Source of the DNA: Vairimorpha necatrix
Lineage: Eukaryota
Length of the DNA: 64,000 nucleotides
Reading direction: 5' to 3'
Assembly (NCBI GenBank): GCA_036630325.1
Contig: CP142734.1
Coordinates: forward strand, 806,001-870,000
Shown here in pieces: positions 24,737 through 36,999 of this stretch (position 1 is its first letter; each line of letters opens with the position of its first letter). The position numbers were made by a program, and so were the translations under genes. Under the pieces are notes generated by a model, which made no database searches, was not told the DNA's origin, and saw nothing but the letters and a program-made list of their open reading frames with translations.

Positions 24737-25629
24737 TGGGTTTTCGTCATACAGAGATCCCCCTAGAAAGACAATGCATCTCTTCTATGGGTGGATCTTT
24801 TCGATTGATCATATATATAAAAGAATTTTATTTAATTTTTTACCCATCTTTTTTGTGGGTTTGTAAAATCTAAACTTCTTATTTTATGCTTATTGTGTCA
24901 TTGTAATATCAAATATGATTTTCATAAAAGATTCCGACTATTATACACGTGTATATTATATATTAATACAATTTTAATTTTAATTATCATTCTTCTAAAA
25001 CTTGGTTCCAAAATATCGTCAGAATCGTTTTTTAGAATTTATTTAACCCTTCTACGAAAAATTCTAAAAATCTTTAACTATAGAAATTTCGAATAATAAG
25101 TGTCAAAATTGAGCTTTAGGAGTTCTCAAAATTATTTCATTATAATTATTAGATGTTTTAGCTCGACTTTATTCCTTATATGTTACTAAAAAGAATTTTA
25201 AAAATTGTGTTTTCTCCTTTTGAAATTCAGTTATCCCAAAAATGGAAACTCAAAAAAATTCAAGGATCAAAGACATAAAAAAAAACTAAACATTTCGATC
25301 CCGTTTTCAAAACGGGAAAGCATACACTAGTATAAAATATTTGAAATTCCTTTTTAATTTTTGTTGAAAATTTATCCCTATGAAAAAAAAATTTTACACT
25401 CTAAAAAAATAAAGAATTGAAATTTCGTTTGAAACAATGGAAACATAAGTATGACTGATCCTGAGTTGCAGATTAATTGAAAAAATAAAAGGTTTTTTAG
25501 GTTTTATTTTTTTTTAAATTAGATTTTTTACCATTTGGCTGAGGAGTAGTTTTATTTACTAGTTAAAAATTTCGTTTTTAAAAGTCGTAAAATTTGACTT
25601 TTGGGAGGAATTCCTTTACTGGAAACCCC
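24737..25629. mobile_element. MITE-like repeat, copy B, interrupted by a Helitron
   Basis: The flanks rejoin to CGATTGA|TATAAAATATTTGAAATT, matching CCATTGATATAAAATGTTCGAAATT in copy A. Confidence 0.6.
24809..25330 (+). mobile_element. Non-autonomous Helitron (~520 bp)
   Basis: A|TC start; subterminal hairpin CCCGTTTTCAAAACGGG; ends CTAG|T; no TSD. Confidence 0.9.
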
Positions 25630-25781
25630 GATTATATGAAAATACAGCTATATGCACCCTTTGTAAAAAATTAAATTGTGTCAAAATTTTAAAAAAATAA
25701 AAGGAGAAGAAAGCTTCAAAAAAAAATAAAATTTAATAATAATTTAACTTAATATATAATTAATTGGCTAAAAATAAATAA

Positions 25782-28028
25782 CAGCCCCGCGCATATGAGG
25801 GGAACAATTTTTTTTGCACCTAAAAAATAAAATGCAAAAAAGGAGGGGCAAGCAAGGGAAAAAAATTACTAAGCACTTACGATATGATAAAATTAATTAA
25901 ATATATTTAGGATACAGAAATTGATTTCGACATAAGATTATATTTAATAAAATGGATCTGCTAAACTTAAAATTTTTTTTATTTGTTGGTTCATTTCAAA
26001 AAAGTTTTCTAGATAAATTTGTTCGATGAAGCTATTGTTGAGGTTTTATAATTTACTTCCACTGCCGCGCACTATATCTAGTCACTTCATCTTCTAGCTA
26101 CCTCTACTATGTTCTTGGTTCCAGATCCTCCTTCGCTAAGTCCTTGACGGTGTTCAAGATAGATGCTCTATAGTTCTTCTTTATAATTCTCATTTAGATG
26201 TTAGTTTGGGTACTAGTCGATAGGCCGATGGCATCAATATAATAAGATTTTCTCTAATCTTCTGTTTTTAACAAACAGTCAAAAAAAGAAATACGGTTTA
26301 GATATAGAAAAAATTAAAACAGACTCAAAAATCTAAACAGACTTTTTAAATCGAAAATTGTATATAAAATCGTTAATCTAATTCGAATTTATAGTTCAAG
26401 AAAGACATTCTTTTTTAAGATTAAATTTTACTTTAACTATATATTTATGAGGGATTTTAGGAAAAACTATACCTACCTAGATCCATAATGAGTAGAGGCC
26501 TCATAAGTATCAAAGATAGAAGCGAAATTATGCTTCTGAATATATAAAAATATTAGATGGGTCTATAAATAGCTCACTAAGACGGGCAGCGATACTTAAA
26601 GTAGAGGCAGAGAGCAAATCCCACTTGTTTACAATTAACGAGAATCTAAGGATTAGGTATAGCTTTGTAGGAGAGATAACCCAGAAGATGCTAATATAAT
26701 CCCAAAAAGAAGCGCTTTACAACAAAATTGAAATAAGGACAACCCATGGAAAGTTGTTTAAAGCTAGGGGATACTATTTAGTAAGCACTAGGAACTCTTC
26801 TACCTGGCTGGTTAAAGAAAACAATCAGGCTAGATCCGAAGCAATTTTCTGCTTTCTACAGGATAGAAATATTTTTTGTGGACAAGGGGACAGTGTCCTC
26901 ATTGCGGATCACATAGGAGGACCGTGGATCATTTAGCACCAAGTGTGATCGAATGTTGAGGGTTGATTATATGAAAAGACACAACGAGGTAGTTTTATGC
27001 ATACGTCTTACTATGTAATATATTTGGGTTTAAGAAGACAAAGAAAATTCGAGAACCTAGTACAAGATATCATGGAAAATGATCGTGCAGAAATAAGAGT
27101 AAGTACGAGAATAATTTAAATATATAGGAAATCCATGAAGAGCTCGATATTTTTGTGTCTGACATAAAAAGAAAGAGATTTTAATAGTTGAAGTTGGTAT
27201 AGCCAACCAGGATCTACTTACTATAGTCGAGAATAAAAATTAACAAATATAATATTTTTGCAAATGAACTGGGACATATACATAAATCCCGAACAAGAAT
27301 AGTTCCTTATGTAACGACATGAGATGAAGGGGTGATCAAATATCACAGAAAGTACATCGGGGAGATGTAAACTTAACCCTTTTTGAAGCATATATCCAGT
27401 TTACTGTGATGAAGAAGACTCTAGTGTCCATCTCTTTGGAACGACGACGAGGATATTATCAGGAAGATGCAGGAGAGGAAGAAGTGGCCAGAGCTGTAAG
27501 CGCACTAGCGAATTTGTCGACTGCAAGAAGTGGTGCTGTCAAAGGAAAAGAATCTGAAAGTTTGAAGTTGAAAAACATAAATAACTCCACAGAAATTAAA
27601 GTCTGCGAAGAGCCAAATCCCATGAGCGATACTATGAAAGCTGTACTATAACTATTTAAGACCAATGACAAATTAACACAATAAATCAATTTATATATTG
27701 TGTATTTTAATGTTTAAAAATGCAAGTATTCTGAGTGCTAATGTTTACTTCTCATTTTTTTACAATGCATTTTAGGGGTAGAAAAACAAAGTGAACACCC
27801 TCTAAGAGAGAGCATTTGGACCCAAATCCAAAAAAGAGAAGGGTAAAAAATGCATAATAAAAAATGATATTACCTTTTTAATTCAAAATCAATTTTTGTA
27901 TCTAAGAAATATTTATCTAGTATTTTTATAACAAAAGTGCCTATGCATTTTTGTCCCTTGCTTGCTCCTTTTTTTTACACTTCATTTTAAGAAGTCGAAA
28001 AAAATTCGCACATTCTCAAATGCGGGCG
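25782..28028. mobile_element. Older copy of the CAGCCCC-MITE with a nested non-LTR fragment
   Basis: Left TIR CAGCCCCGCGCATATGAGG...AATTACTAAGCACTTA; right TIR ...TTTTTACACTTCATTTT...CTCAAATGCGGGCG. Confidence 0.7.
26460..27680 (+). mobile_element. 3' portion of RLE-type non-LTR retrotransposon (decayed)
   Basis: LYLPRSIMSRGLISIKDR, zinc-knuckle-like CPHCGSHRRTVDHL..CDRM...RHNEVV, endonuclease region IVEVGI; ends KAVL* ctatttaagaccaatgac. Matches 12010-12840 in reverse. Confidence 0.85.
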
Positions 28029-28190
28029 TAAGTACCCCTTTCCTGATTATTAATAAATTAGTAACCCCCATCTCTCGTATTTATTAGACTAGTCGATGAA
28101 TATTAGATACTTGTATCTGAATTTAATGGTAAATGATAGGTGTGAATTTGCTATGGCAAAAGCGTTATGTTCATTTCAAATAATTTAATC

Positions 28191-28290
28191 GAGATTTGAC
28201 ACAAAAAAATTTATCATTGCGGCTGTCAAGATCGGAAAAATTCAAATAACATGTCAAGAAGTTTCACAAGAAATAAGCCGCCTGACACAT
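28191..28290 (+). promoter_or_regulatory. Conserved upstream module of family A
   Basis: GAGATTTGACA...CTGTCAAGATCGGAAAAATTCAAATAACATGTCAA...CTGACAC at the same distance (~250 nt) from the ATG as at 19441. Confidence 0.55.
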
Positions 28291-28443
28291 ATTACAAAGT
28301 ATAAACCTTAATCAAATGTAAAAAAAACAATCGAAACTAGTACTTTAAACTAAACAATACCATTTAAATACAATATAACAAAATAAAAAATCTTGAAATT
28401 TCAATAAATATTTGTCATAAAAAAATTAATACCCCCCTCAAAA

Positions 28444-30234
28444 ATGAATTGCTGTTTTTTATATACATTGACTAGTACATGCATAAATACTGTTTCTCTA
28501 TTTGTCCGTAACAAAGCAGACGACGAGATTATTTTATACATGGGAATAAACGATAGTACAAAGAATGCTCTTTCTTGCTCATTTGAAATATTGGAATATA
28601 AATCATTGAAGAATTTAGAAAATTTGAAATGTTACAAGTTTATTTCATGTCATTATAGAGATATTTTTACTAATTTCGAAGGTTTTAAAAGCATTGAACA
28701 ATCAGTGCTCAATGACGCAAAAAAAAATTTTTTTGAAAGCAAAATATTTTTAAAGACGACATTAAATGTGAAACTTGGGTATACATATAATTTAATGAAA
28801 TATGAAAATCGAAGTTACTACAATTCATATTCATGTCAACTTATTTTAAATCATACCGACGAATTTTTTAGTGTAAAATTATCTGATTTATCTTTATTAA
28901 CTAATAATACCAATGGTATGAAGCAAATAGAAAAAGACATAAATTTTAAAAAACTGACTATGAATCAAAATGAACTAGATTTTGAACATCAAGAAGAAAA
29001 GGGGCGTTTGACATCTGATTGTACTAATATCATTCAAGATCCTGTTAATAATATTAATGAAACTTCCGGTTTAAATATAACCAACACAACAGGTGTTAAG
29101 AATTTTAGGGACAATGAAAAAACAACAGAAGAAGCTTTTCCCAATTATAAACCAATTTATAAATTGCCAACAATTTATACAAGAAATAATAACTGGAACG
29201 AGCATTACATAAAATTAGAAAATAATAGTCATATTTACGATATCAAAAAAAATTATAACCTACCAATTACAGACGAACAAACCTACAACCTTAGAAGTGT
29301 GCATCGACGATCGATTATCACTGACCAAATAAGCGAATTTCCAAAAAATAATAGTCAAATATATGATGTATTAGAAAAAAATTTGCAAACAAATACCAAC
29401 GAACAAATTAGTGTTTTCTCAAAAAATAATATTCAATCAATACTCAGTGAACAAATTTACGATGTTCCAAAAAATAATAGTCCAATCAATCTTACTCCTC
29501 AAAATAGCAAACAAACAATATATGATAAACAAATTTACGATCTCACAGAAAACAAACCACTGACATTAGACAATATACAAGGTCATGATATCACTAGTTT
29601 AAACATACTATCATTAAATAATGAACAAGCTTATGATATTCCAGAGGTTCATAAAAATCCAATATATAAAGAAAAAAGCATTGATGCTATAAAAAATAAT
29701 CGGGAAAGTTATGAAATTGTTGAATACGCAAATGTATATTACAATAAACAAATATACAATCAAAGCAACTACAGCATTTCAACAATTAATAGACAAACTG
29801 ATAATAATGAAATAATATACGGTGAAATTATTTTTGATAAGCAAATATATGATAAAGTTGAACATAAAAAGAAAACAAACAATGAAACGATTTATAGTAC
29901 TATAATTTTCAGTACGGAAAGTAACGAAAGAATGAACGAAGAAAGGAAAAAAAAGTTATATGAAGACTCGCTTCTGAATACATGTACTTCTGTTGTTAAT
30001 GAAGGATATTTTGTTGCAAATTCGATTTTTGAGAGTCTAAAAAACTCGGAAAATAAAAATGAAAGAGCTTTTAATCTGAAAGATAAAATATATAATGATG
30101 TGAAATGCGGCGAAGAAGAACGAATTCATAAAAACATTAAAGTATCCGAAGCAAAACAAAAGAAATCAGATATATTTGAGAAGGTAGCTACTCGTATCAA
30201 AACCATATTATCTTCCAAAAATAAATCAAAATAA
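28444..30234 (+). CDS. Secreted family A protein with tyrosine-motif tail (596 aa)
   Basis: CCCCCTCAAAA precedes the ATG. TCINTVSLF; collinear with 19693. Motifs HIYDI, QIYDVL, EQIYDVP, QIYDL, EQAYDIP, EYANV, IIYGEI, QIYDKV, TIYSTI. Confidence 0.9.
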   Translation: MNCCFLYTLTSTCINTVSLFVRNKADDEIILYMGINDSTKNALSCSFEILEYKSLKNLENLKCYKFISCHYRDIFTNFEGFKSIEQSVLNDAKKNFFESKIFLKTTLNVKLGYTYNLMKYENRSYYNSYSCQLILNHTDEFFSVKLSDLSLLTNNTNGMKQIEKDINFKKLTMNQNELDFEHQEEKGRLTSDCTNIIQDPVNNINETSGLNITNTTGVKNFRDNEKTTEEAFPNYKPIYKLPTIYTRNNNWNEHYIKLENNSHIYDIKKNYNLPITDEQTYNLRSVHRRSIITDQISEFPKNNSQIYDVLEKNLQTNTNEQISVFSKNNIQSILSEQIYDVPKNNSPINLTPQNSKQTIYDKQIYDLTENKPLTLDNIQGHDITSLNILSLNNEQAYDIPEVHKNPIYKEKSIDAIKNNRESYEIVEYANVYYNKQIYNQSNYSISTINRQTDNNEIIYGEIIFDKQIYDKVEHKKKTNNETIYSTIIFSTESNERMNEERKKKLYEDSLLNTCTSVVNEGYFVANSIFESLKNSENKNERAFNLKDKIYNDVKCGEEERIHKNIKVSEAKQKKSDIFEKVATRIKTILSSKNKSK

Positions 30235-30934
30235 ATATTTCATAAAATGAGGTGCTAATTTGGCAGAAGTTTTAAACTAATTGTTAATTGTAGGGGTTGC
30301 ATTTCTATTCTCCATTTTTAAAAAAAAAATCAGAACATAAAAAATAATATACAATGAAGCTGTGGTTTACAGGTGCAAATACGTTTTTTTCTTTATAGGA
30401 TGTGTTAAATGATTTTAATGTTTTCCCTCCCTCATATTTTAAAATATTTTATTTTATACCCCAATGACATGCATGAAGGAGTATGACAATTAACAAATCA
30501 ACTCTCAAACTTATAAAGGCCTGCCAGGGACAAACTGCAAAGCCAATAATTCTATAGCTTTTATTTTAAAATAGGATTAATCCCAGTGCGGCACGCTTGA
30601 AGCATGAACAAAATAAGTATAAAAGATAATAACATCTTTTAATAAGATGAAGTTACTTTTTACATTGGCGGTTCCATCCATAGAACATTTTAGTTTAAAA
30701 CTCATGACACGGGAAGGAAAAATCAATGTCAAGAACTAGTTTTAAATCATTACTGTTATAAGAGTTTCACATAGTTAACTTTAATTCTATGAAGAAAAAA
30801 AAAAATCTATAATGGCATTTAACTAGAGAATATTGAGTAAAAAAATAATTAAATCCCTAGTTTTCTTAGCTTACCTAAAATTTTTCAAACAATAGAATCT
30901 AGCATTAATAATGATTATTCTTTTATAGATTCAA

Positions 30935-31452
30935 CTAGCGTATGCTTTCCCGTTTTGAAAACGGGATAAATGTGTTTGTTTTATAATATGTCCCGTCTCG
31001 GTAAATTTTGTAAAGTTTCCATTTTTGGCTGATTAAATTTGACAGAGTTTAGACATGATTTTTAAAAATACTTTTTAGTGACATATAAGGAGTAATGTTG
31101 TTGTAAAACACTTAAAAATCATAATTAGATAATTTTGAATACTTCTAAGCTCAATTTTTGACACTTATATTCAACTTTTTCTTTGGTTAATATTTTTGTG
31201 AATTTTTCTAGAAGGGTTAAATAAATTCTAAAAAACGATTCTGACGATATTTTGGAACCGAGTTTTCTAAAAATAATAAATCTAATAAAAATGCATTAAT
31301 ATATAGTATACGCACTTACAATTATCAAATTTAAGCACTGAGTTTAAATTTGATATTACAATGACACAATAAGCTATAATAAGAAGTTTAGAATTTTTAA
31401 ACCCACAAAAAAGAGGGGTAAAAAATTAAATAAAATTCTTTTATATATATGA
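30935..31452 (-). mobile_element. Non-autonomous Helitron (dimer unit 1)
   Basis: CTAG at 30935 with hairpin CCCGTTTTGAAAACGGG; 5' TC at 31452. Confidence 0.9.
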
Positions 31453-31973
31453 CTAGCGTATGCTTTCCCGTTTTTGAAAACGGGATCTAAATGTTTAGTT
31501 TTTTAATATGTCCCTAATTGGTAATTTTCGTTAAGTTTCCATTTAAGGATAATGAATTTAAAAAGGAGAAAACATGATTTTTAATAATACTTTTTAGCAA
31601 CATATAAGAAGTTATGTTGTTTTAAAACATTTAATAATCTCAATGAGATAATTTTGGAAACTTCTAAGCTAAATTGTTGACACTTATTGTCAACAAATTT
31701 TTATTGTTAAACTTTTTTGTAATTTTTCTAGAAGGGTTAAATAAATTCTAAAAAACGATTCTGACGATATTTTGGAACTGAGTTTTACAAAAATAATAAT
31801 ATGAATTAAAATGCAATAATATATAATATACGCACTCACAATTATCAAATTGAAACATCTAAACTAAAAATGATATTATTTTAACGTAAAAGGCTCAAGA
31901 TGTACCGTTTAGAAATTCCAAAGTCACAAAAAAGAGGGGTAAAAAATTAAATAAAATTCTTTTATATATATGA
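31453..31973 (-). mobile_element. Non-autonomous Helitron (dimer unit 2)
   Basis: CTAG at 31453 abuts the 5' end of unit 1; 5' A|TC at 31973. Confidence 0.9.
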
Positions 31974-32319
31974 TTAATATAAATCTATATAAAGTATTTT
32001 CCTATATTCATTAGTAAGACGAATCAAATGTGCACCTTTATGGTCCGTGCACAATAAAAATATTATTTGTAAATAAACAAAGACAACTTAAAATTTTCCC
32101 TAGATTGTAGAAAATGTTCTAAATGATTTTTTATTTTAGTATGAAAATCCGTAAATTTCGTGTACTAGGCATTAAAGATCATTTTGTCTGTTAAGATCAA
32201 TTTAATAATAAATAACATATGTATCATGGGACTCACACACTTTAATCGTTTTTATCTTAAAAATCAATTATGATGGTATCACTGATGGGGGGGGGTTCGA
32301 AGAATATTAGTTTATACTT

Positions 32320-32681
32320 TTGCATTTTTATTCTTTTATTATTTTTGTAAAACTCAGTTCCAACATATCGTCAGAATCGTTTTTTAGAATTTATTTGACC
32401 CTTCCACGGAAAATTGCAAAAATATTTAACCAATAAAGATTTTGAATATAAGTGTCAAAAAGTCAGCTTAGAAGTTCCCAAAATTATCTCATTGAGATTA
32501 TTAAATCTTTTTAAACAACAATACTCCTTATATGTTACTAAACAGTATTTTTAAAAATCATGTTTTCTTATTTTCAAATAAATTCAACCCAAAATGGAAA
32601 CTTAATAAAATTTACCGAGGAAGGACATATTATAAAACAAAAAAATAGATCCCGTTTTCAAAACGGGAAAGCATACGCTAG
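32320..32681 (+). mobile_element. 5'-truncated Helitron copy
   Basis: ATATCGTCAGAATCGTTTTTTAGAATTTATTT core; hairpin plus GCATACGCTAG|T. Confidence 0.85.
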
Positions 32682-32739
32682 TATTTTTATAAGTAAATTC
32701 TTAGTTTTAGAATAATTTACTTCTTTATAAGTGTTTACC

Positions 32740-33238
32740 TCATATATATAAAAAAAATTTATTTAATTTTTTCCCTTTTTTGTGTTTTCAAAATCTATAA
32801 ACTGCCTTTTTATACTTGTTATACATTATGATATCAAATATGAATTTAACGTTATAATTTGACAATTGTAAGTACGTATACTATATATTTCTGCCTTTTT
32901 ATTCTAATTAATATTTATGTAAAACTCAGTTTCAAAATATCGTCCGAATTGTTTTTTAGAATTTATTAGAACCTTCTATGAAAAATTACAAAAATGTTTA
33001 AACATCGAAAATTTATAAATGAAGTCAGTAAATTAACTTAAGAACTTCTATAAATTATCACATTTAATTTTATTGAGCGATTGCATTTATTTTCTTTTCA
33101 TTCGTAAATTTGAAAACTGCTTTTTGATTTTTGAAAATCATATCAATTCTGTTCTTATTCCAACCAAAAATGGTAAATTAAAATAAAAGAATGTGTAGCA
33201 CATAAATTTCGTTTTAAAAATGGAAAAGCATACGCTAG
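32740..33238 (+). mobile_element. Diverged Helitron copy
   Basis: TCATATATATAAAA start; ends AAAGCATACGCTAG|T; hairpin decayed. Confidence 0.8.
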
Positions 33239-35213
33239 TAATTTTATAATTTTTTTTTAATATTATACCATAATAATAATACAGAAATAATTTCTTTAAT
33301 CAAGGTTATGTGGTTCATTTCAAAATTAATGCAGTATTATTTTTTAAATCTTATTTCCGCTTATATTGAATAATTTCTAATCGTAGTCATGACAATTTTT
33401 TACATTCGTCGACTAACTTAACTGTAATTTCTTTATTCGTATATTAAATAAACCTAGTAAATAACTTGTTAAACATTTACTTATATTATACTTTGTCTGT
33501 ATACAAAGTGTTATGATTTATTGCAATTACTATATTCATATTCAACTACAAGTCTCCGTTTTTTTCTTTTAATTTTTTTATTAACTCTTCCACATTTTGT
33601 TCTATCTCACTTGCGTTGAGATTTAAATCTGTAACAGCTGTTTGCTTCTCAATCTTATTATTTTCAATCAGTTGATGTTTATATTCATAAATGCTTATAG
33701 AGCTCAAACCAGTAAATAATGCAGCTGTTTTACATACTAGGGCTATATATTCATCTCTGTATTTATGTATAGTATTATTATGTAAAATTACGATTTCTTT
33801 AAAAATTTTCAACAAATTTATATTTTTTTTTGTGGTTTTTGTTGCAGATGACGCCTCGTTATTTTTTTCGTTAATAATATCTCCAATTTCCGTTAATGTT
33901 ACAAATAATTTATCTTCACTAAAATTATTTTCTTGGATGTAAGTTTCTGCCTCAATTATCAAACAAAATATTATTAAATATAGATCTTTTCCGAATATAT
34001 CCTCTTCTAAATATTCTGTTATTTTTTTGTTAGTTGGCTCATATCAAATTCACTATCATTTTTATTTTCAATCATAAAATAAAATGTATTTTCATTTACT
34101 ATATAATTATTATACATTAGATAAACAAATATCATATTTAGCGCTGTTTCTGGTTTGTTCACAATTCTTTCGACAAAAAATATCATCTTGTTGTGATTTT
34201 TTAATAAATTAAAAAATAATTCGATTCTTTCAGTGAATTCTAAGCTCGATAGTCTAGAAAATATTTTTTGAAATTCATTATAGCAATTGCTACTAATGTA
34301 AAATAGATTTTCATTTTTGCTTGATGCTTTTTTTAAATGAAAATAAGCTCTTTTTTCACGAGTTTTAAACAAAATCTTTGTATTTTTTATATCAATTGTA
34401 ATTAGAGAATCCTTATCTTTTATGTAAATCCCACTAGTTTTATATTCATTGCGTAATTTTTGATTTCTAAATGTTGGAAGATGATAATTTTTATCAGATA
34501 ACTTGTAAATATCAAGAAGTTTCCGCAAGATTGTCTCGTCGCCTTGACAAACTTTATTAATTTTCACGTCAATCTTGTACTATAATTCACTAATATCAAA
34601 CTCAAAAAAATTACGGGTGCTTCCCACGTCAATAATTATTAAAATAAACTCCTTTTTGGTCTGGAAATTTTTATAAAAACATATCGAAGATTGGGGTTCT
34701 AGATATGACACGTTTCTAAAACTTCTAAAAACAGTTATTATTTCTTGCAAAAGATCACAATTACAACAAATATTTTCATAGTTAATTTCAGCACCTTCCC
34801 TATTTAATCTTCTCAAAGCGTTTGTTTTTTTGAGTTCTTCTACTAACTCTTTAATGTCAGAAAATTTCTCATAATCATTTTTTTCGTATATAAACACATA
34901 TGCGTATTTATATGGATCATATGATGTTGTTATTATGATATCCTCGATTTCCTCAATAATTTGAACAAAAGATTTGTTTTCTTTTAGTATAGTTAATTTA
35001 CCATTATATTTATTGTCATTAGGTGTGAACTTTTGATAAATAAAGAGAAATTCTCGATTTTTACAATTATAATATGTATATATATTTATGTAATTTTTCC
35101 CCTTTCCCCTATCGCTAGACAGATAATCCTTAGTCGTAATTCTTGCGTGAAGTTTAGTTTGAATCGTTTTGTAAGGTTCTATGTTTGGTTTTATGAATAA
35201 AATTGTTAAAAAC

Positions 35214-36999
35214 GGCTAAAGTAACCTTTAGCACACAATTTTCGATATAGGGTTTTTTTTTTGTTTTTTTTGCCCCTTTTTTCAAAAATGGAAGAAAGAA
35301 TTTGGACAAGAGATGAACTGGAAGCGATGTATAATGAATTATCAATAAAAAGACAACCTACTGTTTGTGATAATTGTACATCTAGGATTCGAGTACAACG
35401 TAAAGGGAAAGGCTTATTTATATGTACTTGGAAGGATTGCAAAAAGTCATTTTCTATATGGAAAGATTCTTTCTTTGAATGTTCTCACCTTAATCATATA
35501 ACAATATTACAAATACTTAATCTGTGGATTCTTGGTTATCCACGTAAATATATTTGTCAAATGTTAGGTTGTACCAAAAAGTCTGTGTACTTTATATTAA
35601 CAAAATTAAAAGAAATAAACATTTATGACAAATATTTATCTTCTTTTAGTAAGATAGTCGGGGAAGATGTTGTTGTAGAAATTGATGAAACTAAAATAGG
35701 AAAGAATAAACATAACAAAGGAAAATTAGTGAAGGGATTTTGGTGTTTCGGTATGATAGAACGTACCATCGAACGTAGAATTTTAGTGTTATATATTAAA
35801 AAAAGAGATAAGAAACTCTTACGGGTAATTTATTAAAATTTGTAAGTACAAAAAGTACTATACATAGTGATATGTGGAAGGCTTATCGTTCTTTGATGAC
35901 CATATTTAAAGAACACCATATGGTTAACCACTGGCTGGGTTCGATTCCCAGGGGCACCAAAATTGTTTCTACTTTCTATGATGCAGTTGGAACAACTCAG
36001 ATGATGAAAATGTCCACGGTAATCATTAAGTTGATTCAATGAAACTTGTGTGTGTCCAGCCACAAGGGGATTAGCATCTAGTGTAGAAACGCACCTCAAG
36101 GCCAAAAGCAGTATCGCCCTTTGGTGACTTAATGATAAATAAAAGTATCTAATGGGTACGGCCTAGTTGGAGCCTATGGCTGGTGCACTCTAGAGTGGGA
36201 TCCTAGAGCTAACTAAGAGACTAGACGAAGTAGGGCAATAGAAGGTCTCGTGGACCCTATCCTACAAGATTCTGTAACACGGTGGCCGAAACTAGTGGGA
36301 GACTGGTGGTCAACGCAGCCCAATAAAAACGCCGGGCTGGGGATGTGGTCGTGTAAGGAGCCGTGTGTGCAATACAGATGATTGTAGGGACCTTTGAGTC
36401 AGTACTATGATGTCTCTCCTCGGGTTATAGATAACCATGCCCGTTAAGTATATCCGCTGTGAGGTCACTCTGGACGCGATTTGAGGTATAAATGGAAAGT
36501 GTTCTCCTGGAGCCAAAGTCCAATGGATACGGCGGAGCTTGCTGCACCGGCAAGTGTATGGAGGGAGTTTTAGTGAGTAAGAATCTCACAGTACCAGTTG
36601 GATGAGGATCACTCCCAAATCCCTCTGGTCCCTATGTAAGGTTTCTCCCTACCTCTTACTTGCAAGAAAAAAAAAAAAAAAATATGGTTAACCACTCGTT
36701 GCACTTTCGAGATCCCAATACTGGTGTTCATACCAATACCATCAAAGGTAATTGGCGTTCCTCAAAAATGCTATACCTAATAGAAATAGGTCATCATGCA
36801 GTGCCAAGCTTTATTTATTTAGGTACATGATTCAAAGAAATTCTTCTAGTTCTGTGTTTGAAGCATTAATAAATTTATTGTTTTAATTTTTATTTTTGTT
36901 TCTTCCTCCACATTTTCTTTCTTCCATTTTTGAAAAAAAGGGGCAAAAAAAACAAAAAAACCCTATATCGAAAATTGTGTGCTAAAGGTTACTTTAGCC
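35214..36999 (+). mobile_element. Merlin DNA transposon (IS1595/ISXO2-like DDE transposase), SINE-interrupted
   Basis: ~85-bp TIRs GGCTAAAGTAACCTTTAGCACAC...; 8-bp TSD TTAAAAAC (35206-35213 and 37000-37007). Transposase from ATG 35288 has a CxxC..CxxxxC zinc ribbon, VEIDETKIG, SDMWKAY, VNHS and HTNTI; stop at 36886; frameshifted. Confidence 0.95.
35933..36681 (+). mobile_element. tRNA-derived SINE-like retroelement with poly(A) tail
   Basis: 15-bp TSD ATATGGTTAACCACT (35918-35932 and 36682-36696). Begins GGCTGGGTTCGATTCCCAGGGGCACCA (T-arm/B-box plus CCA). Non-coding; ends in ~15 A. Confidence 0.9.

Noticed and set aside
35933..35959. tRNA gene
   Set aside because: Only the T-arm and acceptor 3' strand are present; it is the truncated head of the SINE.
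35990..36065. Possible hammerhead ribozyme (ATGATGA...GAAAC...GTC) in the SINE body
   Set aside because: No CTGATGA core or convincing stems, and the segment is not conserved in the 47040-47110 copy.
36331..36365. GCCGGGC start resembling 7SL/Alu
   Set aside because: Similarity stops after 7 nt and no SRP helix motifs were seen.
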